Shown in pieces: positions 17,821 through 27,889 of a stretch of 64,000 nt of DNA. Each line of letters opens with the position of its first letter. The first letter of the stretch is position 1. This DNA is from Bacteroidia bacterium (lineage in GTDB: Bacteria; Bacteroidota; Bacteroidia; M30B66). The stretch is from NCBI GenBank assembly GCA_019695235.1, contig JAIBAI010000003.1, positions 26,390 through 90,389 on the forward strand, written 5' to 3'. A model generated the notes under the pieces. It had not been told where the DNA came from, did no database searches, and saw only the letters and a program-made list of their open reading frames with translations. A program made the translations under genes and the position numbers.

Positions 17821-20800
17821 CCAAACGCTTGGTTGTTGTTTGGTTATTATATATCAAATGAAATAGGAAAACTCCTTTGTTAAGTTCCGAAAGGTCTATC
17901 CTGAACATACCCTCCGAAACCTTTATAGGCGCAATAACCATCCTGCCTGTCAGATCAGTCAGCATCCATACGCCCGTAGTACCCAATGGGAGTTCTGTTG
18001 CAACAATCGTATAATCATGCGAAGGGTTGGGCATTAAACGAAGGTTGTTTTCATCACCTGCTATTTTGTCAAGGGCTGTTGAATTGATGATTTTACAGCT
18101 TGAGTCACTGCCACAATCATTGGTAACCATCAAACACACTTTGTAATTTCCCATTGCCTGATAGGTATGCACCGGGTTGGGCTGAGTAGAAATGCCACCA
18201 TCCCCAAAATCCCAGGCAAAAGAGTTGGGGTTACCGCTTGACTGATCAGTAAAACTAACAGCCCCCTGATCAAACGAAATACCGAAGTCGGCTTCCGGCA
18301 GTGGGTTTGAGCCTACTTCAAATACCTGGCTTTTTTGACAATCAGAATTATCTTTGATGACAACCGTATAGGACCCACCTGCAAGACCGGTTGCATTCTG
18401 ATTAGTTGTGCCGTTCGACCAGTTGAATGTATAAGGTGCCTGCCCTCCGGTTGGGTTGATATTAACTGCTCCATTTAGCTGACCCTCACAGGTTTCATTA
18501 AATATCACTTCATTTGCTACAATAGGGCTTGGTTCGGTAAGTGTGGCAAACGACTCAAGTACACAGCCATTTGCATCTTTCAGTCTAAACGTATAGTTGC
18601 CTGCCGTAAGGCCTGCAAACCTTCCTGTGTCCTGGTAAGTAATTCCATCCTTGGAGAATGAAAATGGTTCTTGTCCGCCCGAAACAGCAAGAATTACTTC
18701 ACCATTATTGAGACTATTACAGGTTGGGTTAGTTACTGAACGAGAAATTGCCACCCTGTTTGACCCCGATAAAGCTACAATAGCCCTTTGAGTATTTCCC
18801 TTGATGGTGGCAAAAACTCCTCCGACGTACACCGTTTCGTTGCCACAATCATTGGTAGCATATAAAGCAAAAACATTATCATCAATAGCAGCATTCCAGG
18901 GTAAAACCTGGCCTGCCCCAATGGTGTCAACTGCTGCAAGCTTTGACCTACCTTGCCCTCCAATAGTACTAAAATCTCCGCCGACATATAATGTTGACCC
19001 TGAAAGAATCATAGCACGGACGTCATTGTTAACAGAAACACCCCAGCTTTTCGGCGTCACGGTACTTGAATTGGTATCTATTGCAGCCAAACGTGATTTA
19101 GAAGCACCGGCGAAGTTAGTGAAATCGCCTCCGGCATAAATTACAGAGCCCGCCAGTACAAGCGCATTGACAGTGTTGTTGGCGTTGGGGTTCCAGTTGG
19201 TAACTCCACCTGAATTTACATTGATTGAAGCTATTCTGTTTCGAGATGCCGACCCAACGGTTGAAAAATTACCTGCAATAAAAAGGTTTGGGCCATTTAA
19301 AATCATGCGAAAGACCGTATTGTTAACATTTGGATTAAATGAAGTGGCCAAACCGGTGCTTAGATCTATCGCTCCCAGCCGACTGCGTGACTGCCCTCCG
19401 ATGCTACTAAAGGCTCCACCCACATAAATTGTTTGGCCATTCACCAGCAAGCTATACACTGTATTGCTTGGGTTAGGGAGCCAGCTTGCATTAGGCATAC
19501 CGCTTGTTTTATCAATAGCTACCAAACGTGAAAACGAAGTTCCGGCAACAGTGCTGAAAGAACCTCCGGCAATTACCGCTGAATCAGTCATGGCTAATGC
19601 GTTTACCGCATTGTTTACATTTGGATTCCAGGCGGTCGGTTCTCCGGTTGTAAGGTCAATGGCAGCCAATCTGTTTCTGGTAATTTCATTGGCTGTAGAG
19701 AAACCGCCTCCAAGTATCACTTTCCCGCCACTGAGGGTTAAGGTCATCACTGTTGAGTTAATCCCTGGATCCCATGGAACACATTGGCCTAAGTTATTTA
19801 TTCTCGCAGCATATCGTTGCGCTTGTCCACCTATGTTTGAAAACGCTCCTCCCACAAGAACAGAAACACCGTCAATAGCAATTGCGTTCACAGCACCATC
19901 CGGGTTAGGTGCCCAGGTAGTTGCGCTTGAGCTGGAAGAATCTATGGCAGCAAGCCTGCCAACTCCAAATCCGCCGATGCTCGAGAAGGAGCCTCCGATA
20001 TAAATCAAAGAACCTGAGGCAGCTAATGACTGAACTGCACCGCTCGCATCAGGATTCCAGGCCAGAACCGTTCCTGTAAGCGTATCTACTGCAGCAATGC
20101 GATTACGCGTTTCCCCGCCGATGGTTGAGAAGGTGCCGCCAATAAATATCCGGTCACCGTGAACCAGCATTACATTCACAGCGCCACCAGCAACGGCGGG
20201 ATTCCAATCAGTATTAATACCAATATTCAGGTCAAGACAGGCGGCTCTTTGGCGGGGTTGGGCGTTCACTGTCGTAAAGGCTCCACCCATGTATAGCTTT
20301 GTGCCTGAAATCACCAAGGTATTTATCGCTCCATTTACTGATGCGCTCCAGGTGGTAAGTAAGCCGGAGACAATATCAAATTCAGCAATATTCGACCTGC
20401 TTTGACCAGCAATTGAAGAAAACTGCCCTGCAACATACAGTTTGCCATTTCTTACCACCATCGTATTAATCGCTCCGTTCGGCGCTGGTTTGAAGGATGT
20501 GTTCAATTTCCCATTTGCCAGGATGTGTATGATGTTTGTATAAGCCAATCCATTCACAGTGGTGAACCCCCCGGCAACAAACCAACCTCCGCTTCCATCT
20601 GATACTACTTTATTAACAACACCAGGGGTGATTACAGGAGTACTGGTGTTCTTTTTTGCATCTGACTGGTCAAAGATTGCAAAGGCTCCTGTTTTTACTG
20701 CAAGTTTTGTAAAAGTACCTCCAATATAAAGGATATTATTATCCTTTACTATATCATTTACCTGTCCGGAGGATGAAACCATCCAGAGAGTTGTATCAAT

Positions 20801-20857
20801 GGTTTGTGCTTTAAGAAAACTGGTAAAAAAAAGACTTAGGATGAGTAGTTTTTTCAT
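17810..20857 (-). CDS. T9SS-sorted surface protein: about 12 delta-60-type beta-propeller repeats, two SprB-type repeats, a PKD domain and a type A CTD
   Basis: Signal peptide MKKLLILSLFFTSFLKAQ. A repeated GG.F(S/T).(I/V)(G/N)G..R.RLAAID...G....W.P..(N/D)..V.(A/T)L unit. SprB-like TCNSLNNGEVILAVSGGQEPFSF and TCEGQLNGAVNINPTGGQAPYTFNW. PKD motif FAWDFGDGG. C-terminal LRLMPNPSHDYT...GVFLFHLIYNNQTTTKRLVKI. Confidence 0.85.
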   Translation of the reverse strand: MKKLLILSLFFTSFLKAQTIDTTLWMVSSSGQVNDIVKDNNILYIGGTFTKLAVKTGAFAIFDQSDAKKNTSTPVITPGVVNKVVSDGSGGWFVAGGFTTVNGLAYTNIIHILANGKLNTSFKPAPNGAINTMVVRNGKLYVAGQFSSIAGQSRSNIAEFDIVSGLLTTWSASVNGAINTLVISGTKLYMGGAFTTVNAQPRQRAACLDLNIGINTDWNPAVAGGAVNVMLVHGDRIFIGGTFSTIGGETRNRIAAVDTLTGTVLAWNPDASGAVQSLAASGSLIYIGGSFSSIGGFGVGRLAAIDSSSSSATTWAPNPDGAVNAIAIDGVSVLVGGAFSNIGGQAQRYAARINNLGQCVPWDPGINSTVMTLTLSGGKVILGGGFSTANEITRNRLAAIDLTTGEPTAWNPNVNNAVNALAMTDSAVIAGGSFSTVAGTSFSRLVAIDKTSGMPNASWLPNPSNTVYSLLVNGQTIYVGGAFSSIGGQSRSRLGAIDLSTGLATSFNPNVNNTVFRMILNGPNLFIAGNFSTVGSASRNRIASINVNSGGVTNWNPNANNTVNALVLAGSVIYAGGDFTNFAGASKSRLAAIDTNSSTVTPKSWGVSVNNDVRAMILSGSTLYVGGDFSTIGGQGRSKLAAVDTIGAGQVLPWNAAIDDNVFALYATNDCGNETVYVGGVFATIKGNTQRAIVALSGSNRVAISRSVTNPTCNSLNNGEVILAVSGGQEPFSFSKDGITYQDTGRFAGLTAGNYTFRLKDANGCVLESFATLTEPSPIVANEVIFNETCEGQLNGAVNINPTGGQAPYTFNWSNGTTNQNATGLAGGSYTVVIKDNSDCQKSQVFEVGSNPLPEADFGISFDQGAVSFTDQSSGNPNSFAWDFGDGGISTQPNPVHTYQAMGNYKVCLMVTNDCGSDSSCKIINSTALDKIAGDENNLRLMPNPSHDYTIVATELPLGTTGVWMLTDLTGRMVIAPIKVSEGMFRIDLSELNKGVFLFHLIYNNQTTTKRLVKI

Positions 20858-20956
20858 TGTGTCGCATGAGATTTAAATGCAATACTAACAAAAATTTCGT
20901 AATTTACTCCTTTCGAATTGAATCGTTCTAATTTAAACAGCTCAATTAAAGGATGC

Positions 20957-23248
20957 TTACTCAGTTGCTTTTCGGTTAAAAAGCAAATATCCTACAGTAA
21001 AAATAAAGGAGAATGGGTTTTTCTCATCCTGGTAATAGTTTGCACAAAATGAAATCGGTGCAAGGGGCGAATTATACACCAGAGCAGCTGAACCGGTGAT
21101 GAATCTTTTTTCAAAAGGTTGTCCGAGATAGGCTTGTTTTTCAGGATTTTCAAGTATCTGTTTGTAGGGCTGGAACACATAACCTTCAAGCCGTATATCG
21201 AATCTACTTGTTAGCGGGAAAATCAATTTCATGCCTCCTGCTATGTACTGGTGAGCACGGAAATTTGGTAGAAACAAGGTGCGGCTTTCAAGAAAAGGAG
21301 AAAAAACAGCTGCCTGGAGTTGTGAAGCCGTATAGTTGTTAAACAGTGGCTGGTTGCTTAATACTGCTTCACCATAAAGGCCAATCCGAACCCATCCTGA
21401 ACGGGTTAAAAATTTATCAGCCCGCATTTTAATACGATAAAATTCGTGGTGTGTTCGGAAGTACGAATTTGTGGTTCCGGTACTTCCGGGAATATTCTCT
21501 TCCACGCCGTTGAAATAACGTGCTGTAACAAGAAAACTTCCACCACTGTTTGCGAATTGTTTGCGGTTCAGGTGATCTCCTTCAATGTTTACGAACACAG
21601 CATTATGACTGAATTTGGTTCTATCTGCTGTATCAACGGATAAGAATTCTTGTGTTTGGTAATAATCATCAACCAGACGTGCGTAAGTATAGCCTGTTTT
21701 GATTTTAGCCTTATTCCCTACAGGAATAGCAACTGCCCCATTCCAGGCTTCTTCATACTGAATGAGATAAGAAGGCCGGGTGTCTTCAAAAAAGGTACTT
21801 GCACTATTGAAAAAATCAAAGTTATTAAGGGTAAAATCTGCTTCAACCAAAAAAGGCAGGCGGAACGGGAAATCGAGTACCGTTTTTACCTGGGCTGAGC
21901 TGTAAAACTTACCGAAATAGGCATTCCCTTCTGCCGAAAGGCCCATAAAGCCCAGGTGTTTATATTTCAGGGCTATAAACCCCATATTTACCGGACGCGA
22001 AGAAAAGACTCCCCCAAACTGAACGGTATAGTCTTTATCAGGCTTCATTTGTAACTTCAACTGATAGTTCTGGTTCGGAAGGTAGGTGGCCGTAGGATAA
22101 ATTTTGCTGATTTTATCATCTAATGCCAGCCGGTAATAGTAAGGACGAAGCTCATCGAGTGTCATCGGGAAGCCTGGTATTCGCATAATTCCAGCCACAT
22201 ATCGTGCCGGATTTTTTTCAAGACCTTGTATTTCAAGCGAAGTGATCGTTATTGGTTTTGCTTTCTCAACAAAGTTTTTCCTGCGCCGGGCGATTTGCAT
22301 TGAATCAGCTACACGTGGGATTAAATGTCTAATTTCTTCTATCCGTCTCAGTGTACTTACATAACCTGAGTCAACCATGCTCCTTGATTGACCAAAGTCA
22401 AGAATTGACACCTTAGGAATGCGGGGCTTGATAATGATCATGGCACCTTCCTCACAAACCGGCGTGTAGCTTGTACGTTCCATGACCATGTTTTTTATTT
22501 GCGAGTATAAATCATCCTCTACCGGCGGCGTCATTTCAGAAACAACGGTACTACCTATGATTACATCAGGCAAGAAATCAGCATACATAACGTCGGCAGG
22601 GAAATTATTATACAGCCCGCCGTCGAAAAGAAGTTTGTTGTCATAGCTTACAGGTTTTAGATAAAACGGATAGGCGCTGCTGGCACGCAAGGCTACTCCT
22701 AAATCACCTTTGCTGAATATTACCTCTTTCTTGTTGTGAATATCGGCGGCCACACAACGAAAAGGGACAAATAAACTATCGAAATTGTACCCTGAGGCAG
22801 CACTTGCTCTTGCAGTATATTGCATCATGCCAAAATCCATGTTTATGGGGCTAATCATATTGGCCGGCGGGCGGTAGTGCAAGGTGGAATCGGTATAAAA
22901 CTTCAGCCCAATCCAGCTTGCATTTGATTCGGGCTGCCGGAAAAAATAATAATACCGGTTGTTAATTTTCCCGGAAACCATTTTAGCAAAATCATCAGAA
23001 AGAATCAGACTTTCAATCTGTGATGGCGTATAACCCATTGCGTACATTCCGCCCACTAAAGCCCCCATGGAGGTACCTGCAATATAATCAATAGGGATGT
23101 TATTGGCTTCAAGTGCCTTTAAAACGCCCACATGGGCAACCCCCGCAGCCCCACCTCCGCTAAGAACTACACCTACTTTTTGCGCTTGACCCAATGGGCT
23201 TAAAAGCGTAAAAAACAGCATAAATAATATGGATGTTTTGCAGAACAT
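20957..23248 (-). CDS. Patatin-like phospholipase fused to a C-terminal outer-membrane beta-barrel (PlpD / type Vd-like architecture)
   Basis: Signal peptide MFCKTSILFMLFFTLLSPLGQAQ. Oxyanion loop VLSGGGAAGVAHVG, nucleophile elbow GTSMG, catalytic Asp motif FDGGLYNNFP, and a long beta-strand-rich C-terminal half. The ATG at 23248 is preferred over the TTG at 23260, which abuts the terminator. Confidence 0.8.
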   Translation of the reverse strand: MFCKTSILFMLFFTLLSPLGQAQKVGVVLSGGGAAGVAHVGVLKALEANNIPIDYIAGTSMGALVGGMYAMGYTPSQIESLILSDDFAKMVSGKINNRYYYFFRQPESNASWIGLKFYTDSTLHYRPPANMISPINMDFGMMQYTARASAASGYNFDSLFVPFRCVAADIHNKKEVIFSKGDLGVALRASSAYPFYLKPVSYDNKLLFDGGLYNNFPADVMYADFLPDVIIGSTVVSEMTPPVEDDLYSQIKNMVMERTSYTPVCEEGAMIIIKPRIPKVSILDFGQSRSMVDSGYVSTLRRIEEIRHLIPRVADSMQIARRRKNFVEKAKPITITSLEIQGLEKNPARYVAGIMRIPGFPMTLDELRPYYYRLALDDKISKIYPTATYLPNQNYQLKLQMKPDKDYTVQFGGVFSSRPVNMGFIALKYKHLGFMGLSAEGNAYFGKFYSSAQVKTVLDFPFRLPFLVEADFTLNNFDFFNSASTFFEDTRPSYLIQYEEAWNGAVAIPVGNKAKIKTGYTYARLVDDYYQTQEFLSVDTADRTKFSHNAVFVNIEGDHLNRKQFANSGGSFLVTARYFNGVEENIPGSTGTTNSYFRTHHEFYRIKMRADKFLTRSGWVRIGLYGEAVLSNQPLFNNYTASQLQAAVFSPFLESRTLFLPNFRAHQYIAGGMKLIFPLTSRFDIRLEGYVFQPYKQILENPEKQAYLGQPFEKRFITGSAALVYNSPLAPISFCANYYQDEKNPFSFIFTVGYLLFNRKATE

Positions 23249-23266
23249 ACGAAGGGTCAAGATAGC

Positions 23267-23296
23267 AAAAACGCCCTGTTTAGGAGGGCGTTTTTT
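23267..23296 (-). terminator. Rho-independent terminator after the RND efflux operon
   Basis: Stem ACGCCCT (23271..23277) / AGGGCGT (23285..23291) with a 7-nt loop. The minus strand reads AAAAAACGCCCTCCTAAACAGGGCGTTTTTG, about 20 nt downstream of the RND stop codon. Confidence 0.6.
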
Positions 23297-23315
23297 ATTA
23301 CTTACTGCTGATTTT

Positions 23316-26300
23316 TTAATACACGGATGAGTGGACCTCGTGCAGGTCGGACTTCTCCCTTCCGAATCTCTTCTTGATTTTTAGGTAAATTAAATACATC
23401 ACCGGAACAACCAAAAGCGTTAAAAAGGATGCTACAACGAGTCCATATATCATTGTCCAGGCAAGAGGCCCCCAAAAAACAACATTATCACCGCCTAAGT
23501 AAAAGTGAGGCTCGAAACTACCAAAAAGTGATGCGAAGTCAAGGTTCACCCCAAGCGCAAGTGGAATCAATCCTAGAATTGCTGCCGATGCCGTCAGGAT
23601 AACCGGAGTCATACGCGTAGCCCCCCCCTCGATAATTGCCTCCTCGGATGAAAGTCCGCGGGAACGTAATTCATCAATAAACTCTATTAAAAGAATTCCA
23701 TTTCGAATCACAATTCCGGCAAGTGCAAAAATACCCACCCCGGTCATTACAATTGACATGGTACGTCCGGTAATGGCATGACCCAGAAACACTCCGATAA
23801 GAGAGAATAAAACCGTTGAAAAAATTAAGAAGGGCTTGGCAAGAGAATTAAACTGAGTTACAAGTATCAAGAACATCAGTGCCAGCGCACCCAGGAATGC
23901 TAAGCCCAGAAAGTCAGCGGTTTCTTTTTGATCTTCTTGCTCTCCTGTCATTTTAATTGTATAACCCTCAGGAATTTCAATTCCATCAATCACCTGATTG
24001 ATTTGCTGTACAATAGCATTCGGGGTGAATCCTGTGAGAACATTTGATGAAAGGGTTAATACACGACGTTGGTTTTTGCGATTTATAGAGCTAAATGCTT
24101 CGTCATACTTTACTGAAGCAACAGATGAAATAGGTACTGATTTAAACTGACCTGTTGCCATGTCCATGAACGATACCTGCATATTCATTAAATCATCTAC
24201 TTTCATGCGGTATTCAGGGGAAAGCCTTAAGTTAATTTCTGCATCATCATCGGCATCTCTGAACTTTGAAATTTCCTTTCCATACAAGGCGGTTCTGATT
24301 TCAAGTGCGATTTGTGCTTTACTCATACCTAAAGCAGAGGCACGGTCGGCATCAATGGTTATGATTATCTCAGGTTTATTGCGTTTAAGATCAGATTGTA
24401 AATCTTCGATACCCTCAATTTTACTTTGGGTAATCCCTTTGCGTAGTTCTTTTTCAAGCCTTTGCAACTGATCGAAATCATCACCTGATATTTCTATGTT
24501 AACAGGCTTCCCTGTTGGGGGCCCATTTTGCTCCTTGTCAACTGTAATTCTTGCGCCGGGTACCAGGTTTTTCATGCTCTTACGAATATCTTCAAGACAT
24601 TCGGCAGAGGAAAAATCTTTCCGTTCACCAAACTCCACAAAAGCCACAGAAACTTTGCCTTTATAAGGTGTTGCCGTACGATCAGGGCTTCTTGGGTCAC
24701 CGGCACCTATTGCAACGTTCGAGATTACCGAAGTTACATTGGGATTGTTTCGCCCTATTACTTCATACACTTTGTTCTCAACTACCTTTGTCACTGAATC
24801 AGTAACCACAGCATCGGTACCGATAGGCATTTCAATGTACACATAAGCAAAGTTAGGCTGCCCATCGGGGAAAAACACCGGAGGTTTTCCAACTGAAGCA
24901 AAAATCAATACTGAAACAATCAACCCTACAAACACAATTGTTAAGGTCCATACGGGTCGTGCTCCTTTTAACAGGGCTGTAACGGTGCGTTTGTATAAGC
25001 TAATTACCGCTGGCCACCATTTATGCTGGAATGTCTCGGTCGCTGGCCTGAGGAGATAATGATTCACCGGTGTGAGAACCAGCAGCAACAAAGCCAGGTT
25101 ACCAAATGCATGGAATCCGGCTAAGTGAGCAAGCAAACCTGTAATTCCAAAAATAAGTAGCGGCTTTTTCATCGAAGATGCAGGAACCACCTTTCCCGGC
25201 TCTTCTTTTTTCATGAAACTTACAGCAAAAACAGTATTCATAATAAATGCCACCGCCAATGATGCAAAAAGTGTCAATATGAGTGTAATGGGAAGGTATT
25301 TCATAAAGTCACCTACGATTCCCGGCCAAAAAAGCAGTGGAAAAAACGGAGCAATAGTGGTTAACGTGCCAGCTAATACCGGAATAAAAACTTCGCCGGC
25401 AGCGGCTTTTGCTGAGGTGATAATATCAAAGTTGTATTTGTGATAAATACGGTGTGTGTTTTCAATAACCACAATGGCATCGTCAACAATTATCCCTAAT
25501 GCCAGCAGGAAAGAAAAAAGCACAATCATATTCATCGTAAAGCCCATAGAAGGCATAAACAACATCGCAAGCAGCACCGATAAAGGAACAGAAAGCCCAA
25601 CAAAAAATGCGCTTTGCAAACCCATGAAAAACATCAGAATCAACACCACCAGAATAAATCCAATAATCACTGTATTTATCAGGTCATTCAATGTTGTCTT
25701 CGTTTCAAGTGAGGTATCAGCTGTGACGTTTACTTTTAGCCCTGATGGGAAGCGGGTATTCTGATACTCATTAATGATTTCTTTGATTTGGTCAGCTGCA
25801 TTAATCAGGTTTTCTCCTGAACGTTTAATAACATTCATGGTGATTACCGGTTTGCCGTCAAGCCTTGCAAAATCCTGTTTTTCTTTAAAGCCATCAATTA
25901 CCTCAGTGAAGTCTTTCAGGTAAGCAAGGTTCCCTCTTGATGAACGTATCAACACATTTCCTATCTGTTCTACTTTTCCAAATTCACCGCGTACACGCAT
26001 GGTTCGGCGTAGTTCACCTACCCTGATTTCTCCACCTGAAATATTTACATTCTCGCTGGCTACGCTTCGTTCAATATCGTTAAATGTTATTCCTAGCGCC
26101 TGCATTCGGTACAAGTCAACATTGATTTGAACCTCCCTTTCAAGCCCCCCAATAAGGTCAACACGGGTAATTTCAGGAAGAGTTTCAATTTTATCCTGAA
26201 GCTCTTCTGCATACTTTTTCAACTGGTCAAGAGGATAATCTCCGGCAACATTCACGTTCATTATTGGGAATTCAGAAAAACTCACCTCTTGAACATTCGG

Positions 26301-26702
26301 GTCTTTATCAAGGTCGGAAGGTAGTTCAGTCTTCGCCTTATCCACAGCATTCGACACCTTTTGCTTGGCCACATCTACATCAATACCCGTATTAAATTCC
26401 ACAAGAATTACAGATACATCCTGAATAGAATTGCTCGTAAGCTTTTTAATTCCGGATATCCCTTTGATTTCCTTTTCAAGTGGTTTGGTAATCAGGTTCT
26501 CAATATCCTCAGGACTAGCCCCTGGATAGATAGTTGGTACATATATTGTTGGTATTACAATATCAGGGAAATTTTCTTTTGGTATTTTCTGAAAAATAAT
26601 AATCCCTGCAAGGGTAATTAATACCGTGATGATATATACTGAAGTACGGTTATTAATTGCCCAATTGGTGGGTTTGAAAAATTTAAAATGTTCTTGTTCC
26701 AT
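23316..26702 (-). CDS. RND efflux pump inner-membrane permease (AcrB/HAE1-like)
   Basis: 1128 aa. N-terminal WAINNRTSVYIITVLITLAGI, repeated 12-TM organisation, AcrB-type motifs GIIVDDAIVVIENT and GIVIRNGILLIEF, and two large periplasmic loops. Confidence 0.92.
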   Translation of the reverse strand: MEQEHFKFFKPTNWAINNRTSVYIITVLITLAGIIIFQKIPKENFPDIVIPTIYVPTIYPGASPEDIENLITKPLEKEIKGISGIKKLTSNSIQDVSVILVEFNTGIDVDVAKQKVSNAVDKAKTELPSDLDKDPNVQEVSFSEFPIMNVNVAGDYPLDQLKKYAEELQDKIETLPEITRVDLIGGLEREVQINVDLYRMQALGITFNDIERSVASENVNISGGEIRVGELRRTMRVRGEFGKVEQIGNVLIRSSRGNLAYLKDFTEVIDGFKEKQDFARLDGKPVITMNVIKRSGENLINAADQIKEIINEYQNTRFPSGLKVNVTADTSLETKTTLNDLINTVIIGFILVVLILMFFMGLQSAFFVGLSVPLSVLLAMLFMPSMGFTMNMIVLFSFLLALGIIVDDAIVVIENTHRIYHKYNFDIITSAKAAAGEVFIPVLAGTLTTIAPFFPLLFWPGIVGDFMKYLPITLILTLFASLAVAFIMNTVFAVSFMKKEEPGKVVPASSMKKPLLIFGITGLLAHLAGFHAFGNLALLLLVLTPVNHYLLRPATETFQHKWWPAVISLYKRTVTALLKGARPVWTLTIVFVGLIVSVLIFASVGKPPVFFPDGQPNFAYVYIEMPIGTDAVVTDSVTKVVENKVYEVIGRNNPNVTSVISNVAIGAGDPRSPDRTATPYKGKVSVAFVEFGERKDFSSAECLEDIRKSMKNLVPGARITVDKEQNGPPTGKPVNIEISGDDFDQLQRLEKELRKGITQSKIEGIEDLQSDLKRNKPEIIITIDADRASALGMSKAQIALEIRTALYGKEISKFRDADDDAEINLRLSPEYRMKVDDLMNMQVSFMDMATGQFKSVPISSVASVKYDEAFSSINRKNQRRVLTLSSNVLTGFTPNAIVQQINQVIDGIEIPEGYTIKMTGEQEDQKETADFLGLAFLGALALMFLILVTQFNSLAKPFLIFSTVLFSLIGVFLGHAITGRTMSIVMTGVGIFALAGIVIRNGILLIEFIDELRSRGLSSEEAIIEGGATRMTPVILTASAAILGLIPLALGVNLDFASLFGSFEPHFYLGGDNVVFWGPLAWTMIYGLVVASFLTLLVVPVMYLIYLKIKKRFGREKSDLHEVHSSVY

Positions 26703-26728
26703 AATACTTTTTTCTTGGTGAAATCCAA

Positions 26729-27862
26729 TTACATTGTAGCGATATTCTGACCATCAACCAGATCTTTAAAACCGGTTAATATGATACGGTCTCCGGCTTG
26801 CAGACCTTCAGTTATCACGATTCTGTCACCATAAGAAATACCGGAGGTTACTATCTTCTTTTTTGCTTTCATTTTCGGATTATTTCCATCAGCAATTAAG
26901 ATATAGCTACGACCTTCCTGGTCTTTTTGTACCAAATTCGACAATACATGAATTACTTCCGGAAGTTTTTCGTCATTAATCGAAACACTTGCAAGCATAT
27001 TGGGCCTTATGTTTGGGTTTTCGCCTGCATTGATGCGCACCTCCACAGCAAAAGTTCTTGACATAGCGTTTACAGCCTTAGATATAAAACTAACTGCTCC
27101 ACTAATGGTGTCACCCAAATCTTTAAAATATATCTGAACCGGAGCCCCCATTTTTACATTACTCACATACGAATCAGGTACTTTTAAAGCTACTTTCATC
27201 CGGCTTGTATTCACTACATGAAATGCGCCATAGATACTCGGATTGGCAAATTCACCAGGCTTCACATTTACTTCATCAATTACTCCGTTAATTGGTGACT
27301 TGATTCGCGTCATATCCAATTGTGTTTGTGCAGCTGCAAGGCTTTTCTGAAGAGATTCATATTGTGTTTTTGCCTGAAGAAATTGCATTTCACTCCCGAT
27401 TTTCTGCTTCCACAGTCTTTCTTGTTTTTCATAAGCCGTTTTGGCTAAATCAAGATTTGTTTGCAGTTGAGCAATATTCTCACGCAAGGCACGGCTGTCG
27501 GTTTCTGCCAGTACTTGTCCGGTACTTACGTGATCGCCTTCTGAAACATGTACCTTTGTTACAATACCCGGAATGGCAGGCTGCACAACAATATTGTCCT
27601 CGGCTTCTACCGAACCCTGTAAGTCAATATAATGCTTAAACTCCCCGGGCTCAACCGGCTGCAGTGTTACCAGTTTGGGTTCGGCTTCAATACCCGATGT
27701 GTCAAGCTGTGCTATTTCTTTTTCAAGTCCGGTAATAAGAACTTTTAGTCTATCAACTTCTGCCTTATACTCTGCCAATTGTGCCTTTTTCGTTTGCAAT
27801 GGAGATTCCTGGCCGCAAGCTGCAAGCATCAAAACTGCAAAAAATATTATTATTCGTTTCAT
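26729..27862 (-). CDS. RND efflux periplasmic adaptor (membrane fusion protein), lipoprotein
   Basis: Lipobox MKRIIIFFAVLMLAACG, a coiled-coil hairpin segment (AQLQTNLDLAKTAYEKQERLW...LAAAQTQLD), and lipoyl-like motifs IPGIVTKVHVSEGDHV and SPINGVIDEVNVKPGE. Confidence 0.85.
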   Translation of the reverse strand: MKRIIIFFAVLMLAACGQESPLQTKKAQLAEYKAEVDRLKVLITGLEKEIAQLDTSGIEAEPKLVTLQPVEPGEFKHYIDLQGSVEAEDNIVVQPAIPGIVTKVHVSEGDHVSTGQVLAETDSRALRENIAQLQTNLDLAKTAYEKQERLWKQKIGSEMQFLQAKTQYESLQKSLAAAQTQLDMTRIKSPINGVIDEVNVKPGEFANPSIYGAFHVVNTSRMKVALKVPDSYVSNVKMGAPVQIYFKDLGDTISGAVSFISKAVNAMSRTFAVEVRINAGENPNIRPNMLASVSINDEKLPEVIHVLSNLVQKDQEGRSYILIADGNNPKMKAKKKIVTSGISYGDRIVITEGLQAGDRIILTGFKDLVDGQNIATM

Positions 27863-27889
27863 AGGTCGGATATACATGAAGGTTTTTGT

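Noticed and set aside
18775-20003. Antisense ORFs of 70-179 aa opposite the delta-60 repeat protein
   Set aside because: They are mirror-frame artefacts of a repetitive gene. The translations are Pro/Ala/Leu-rich with no start context, and the sense strand has a complete signal peptide-to-CTD architecture.
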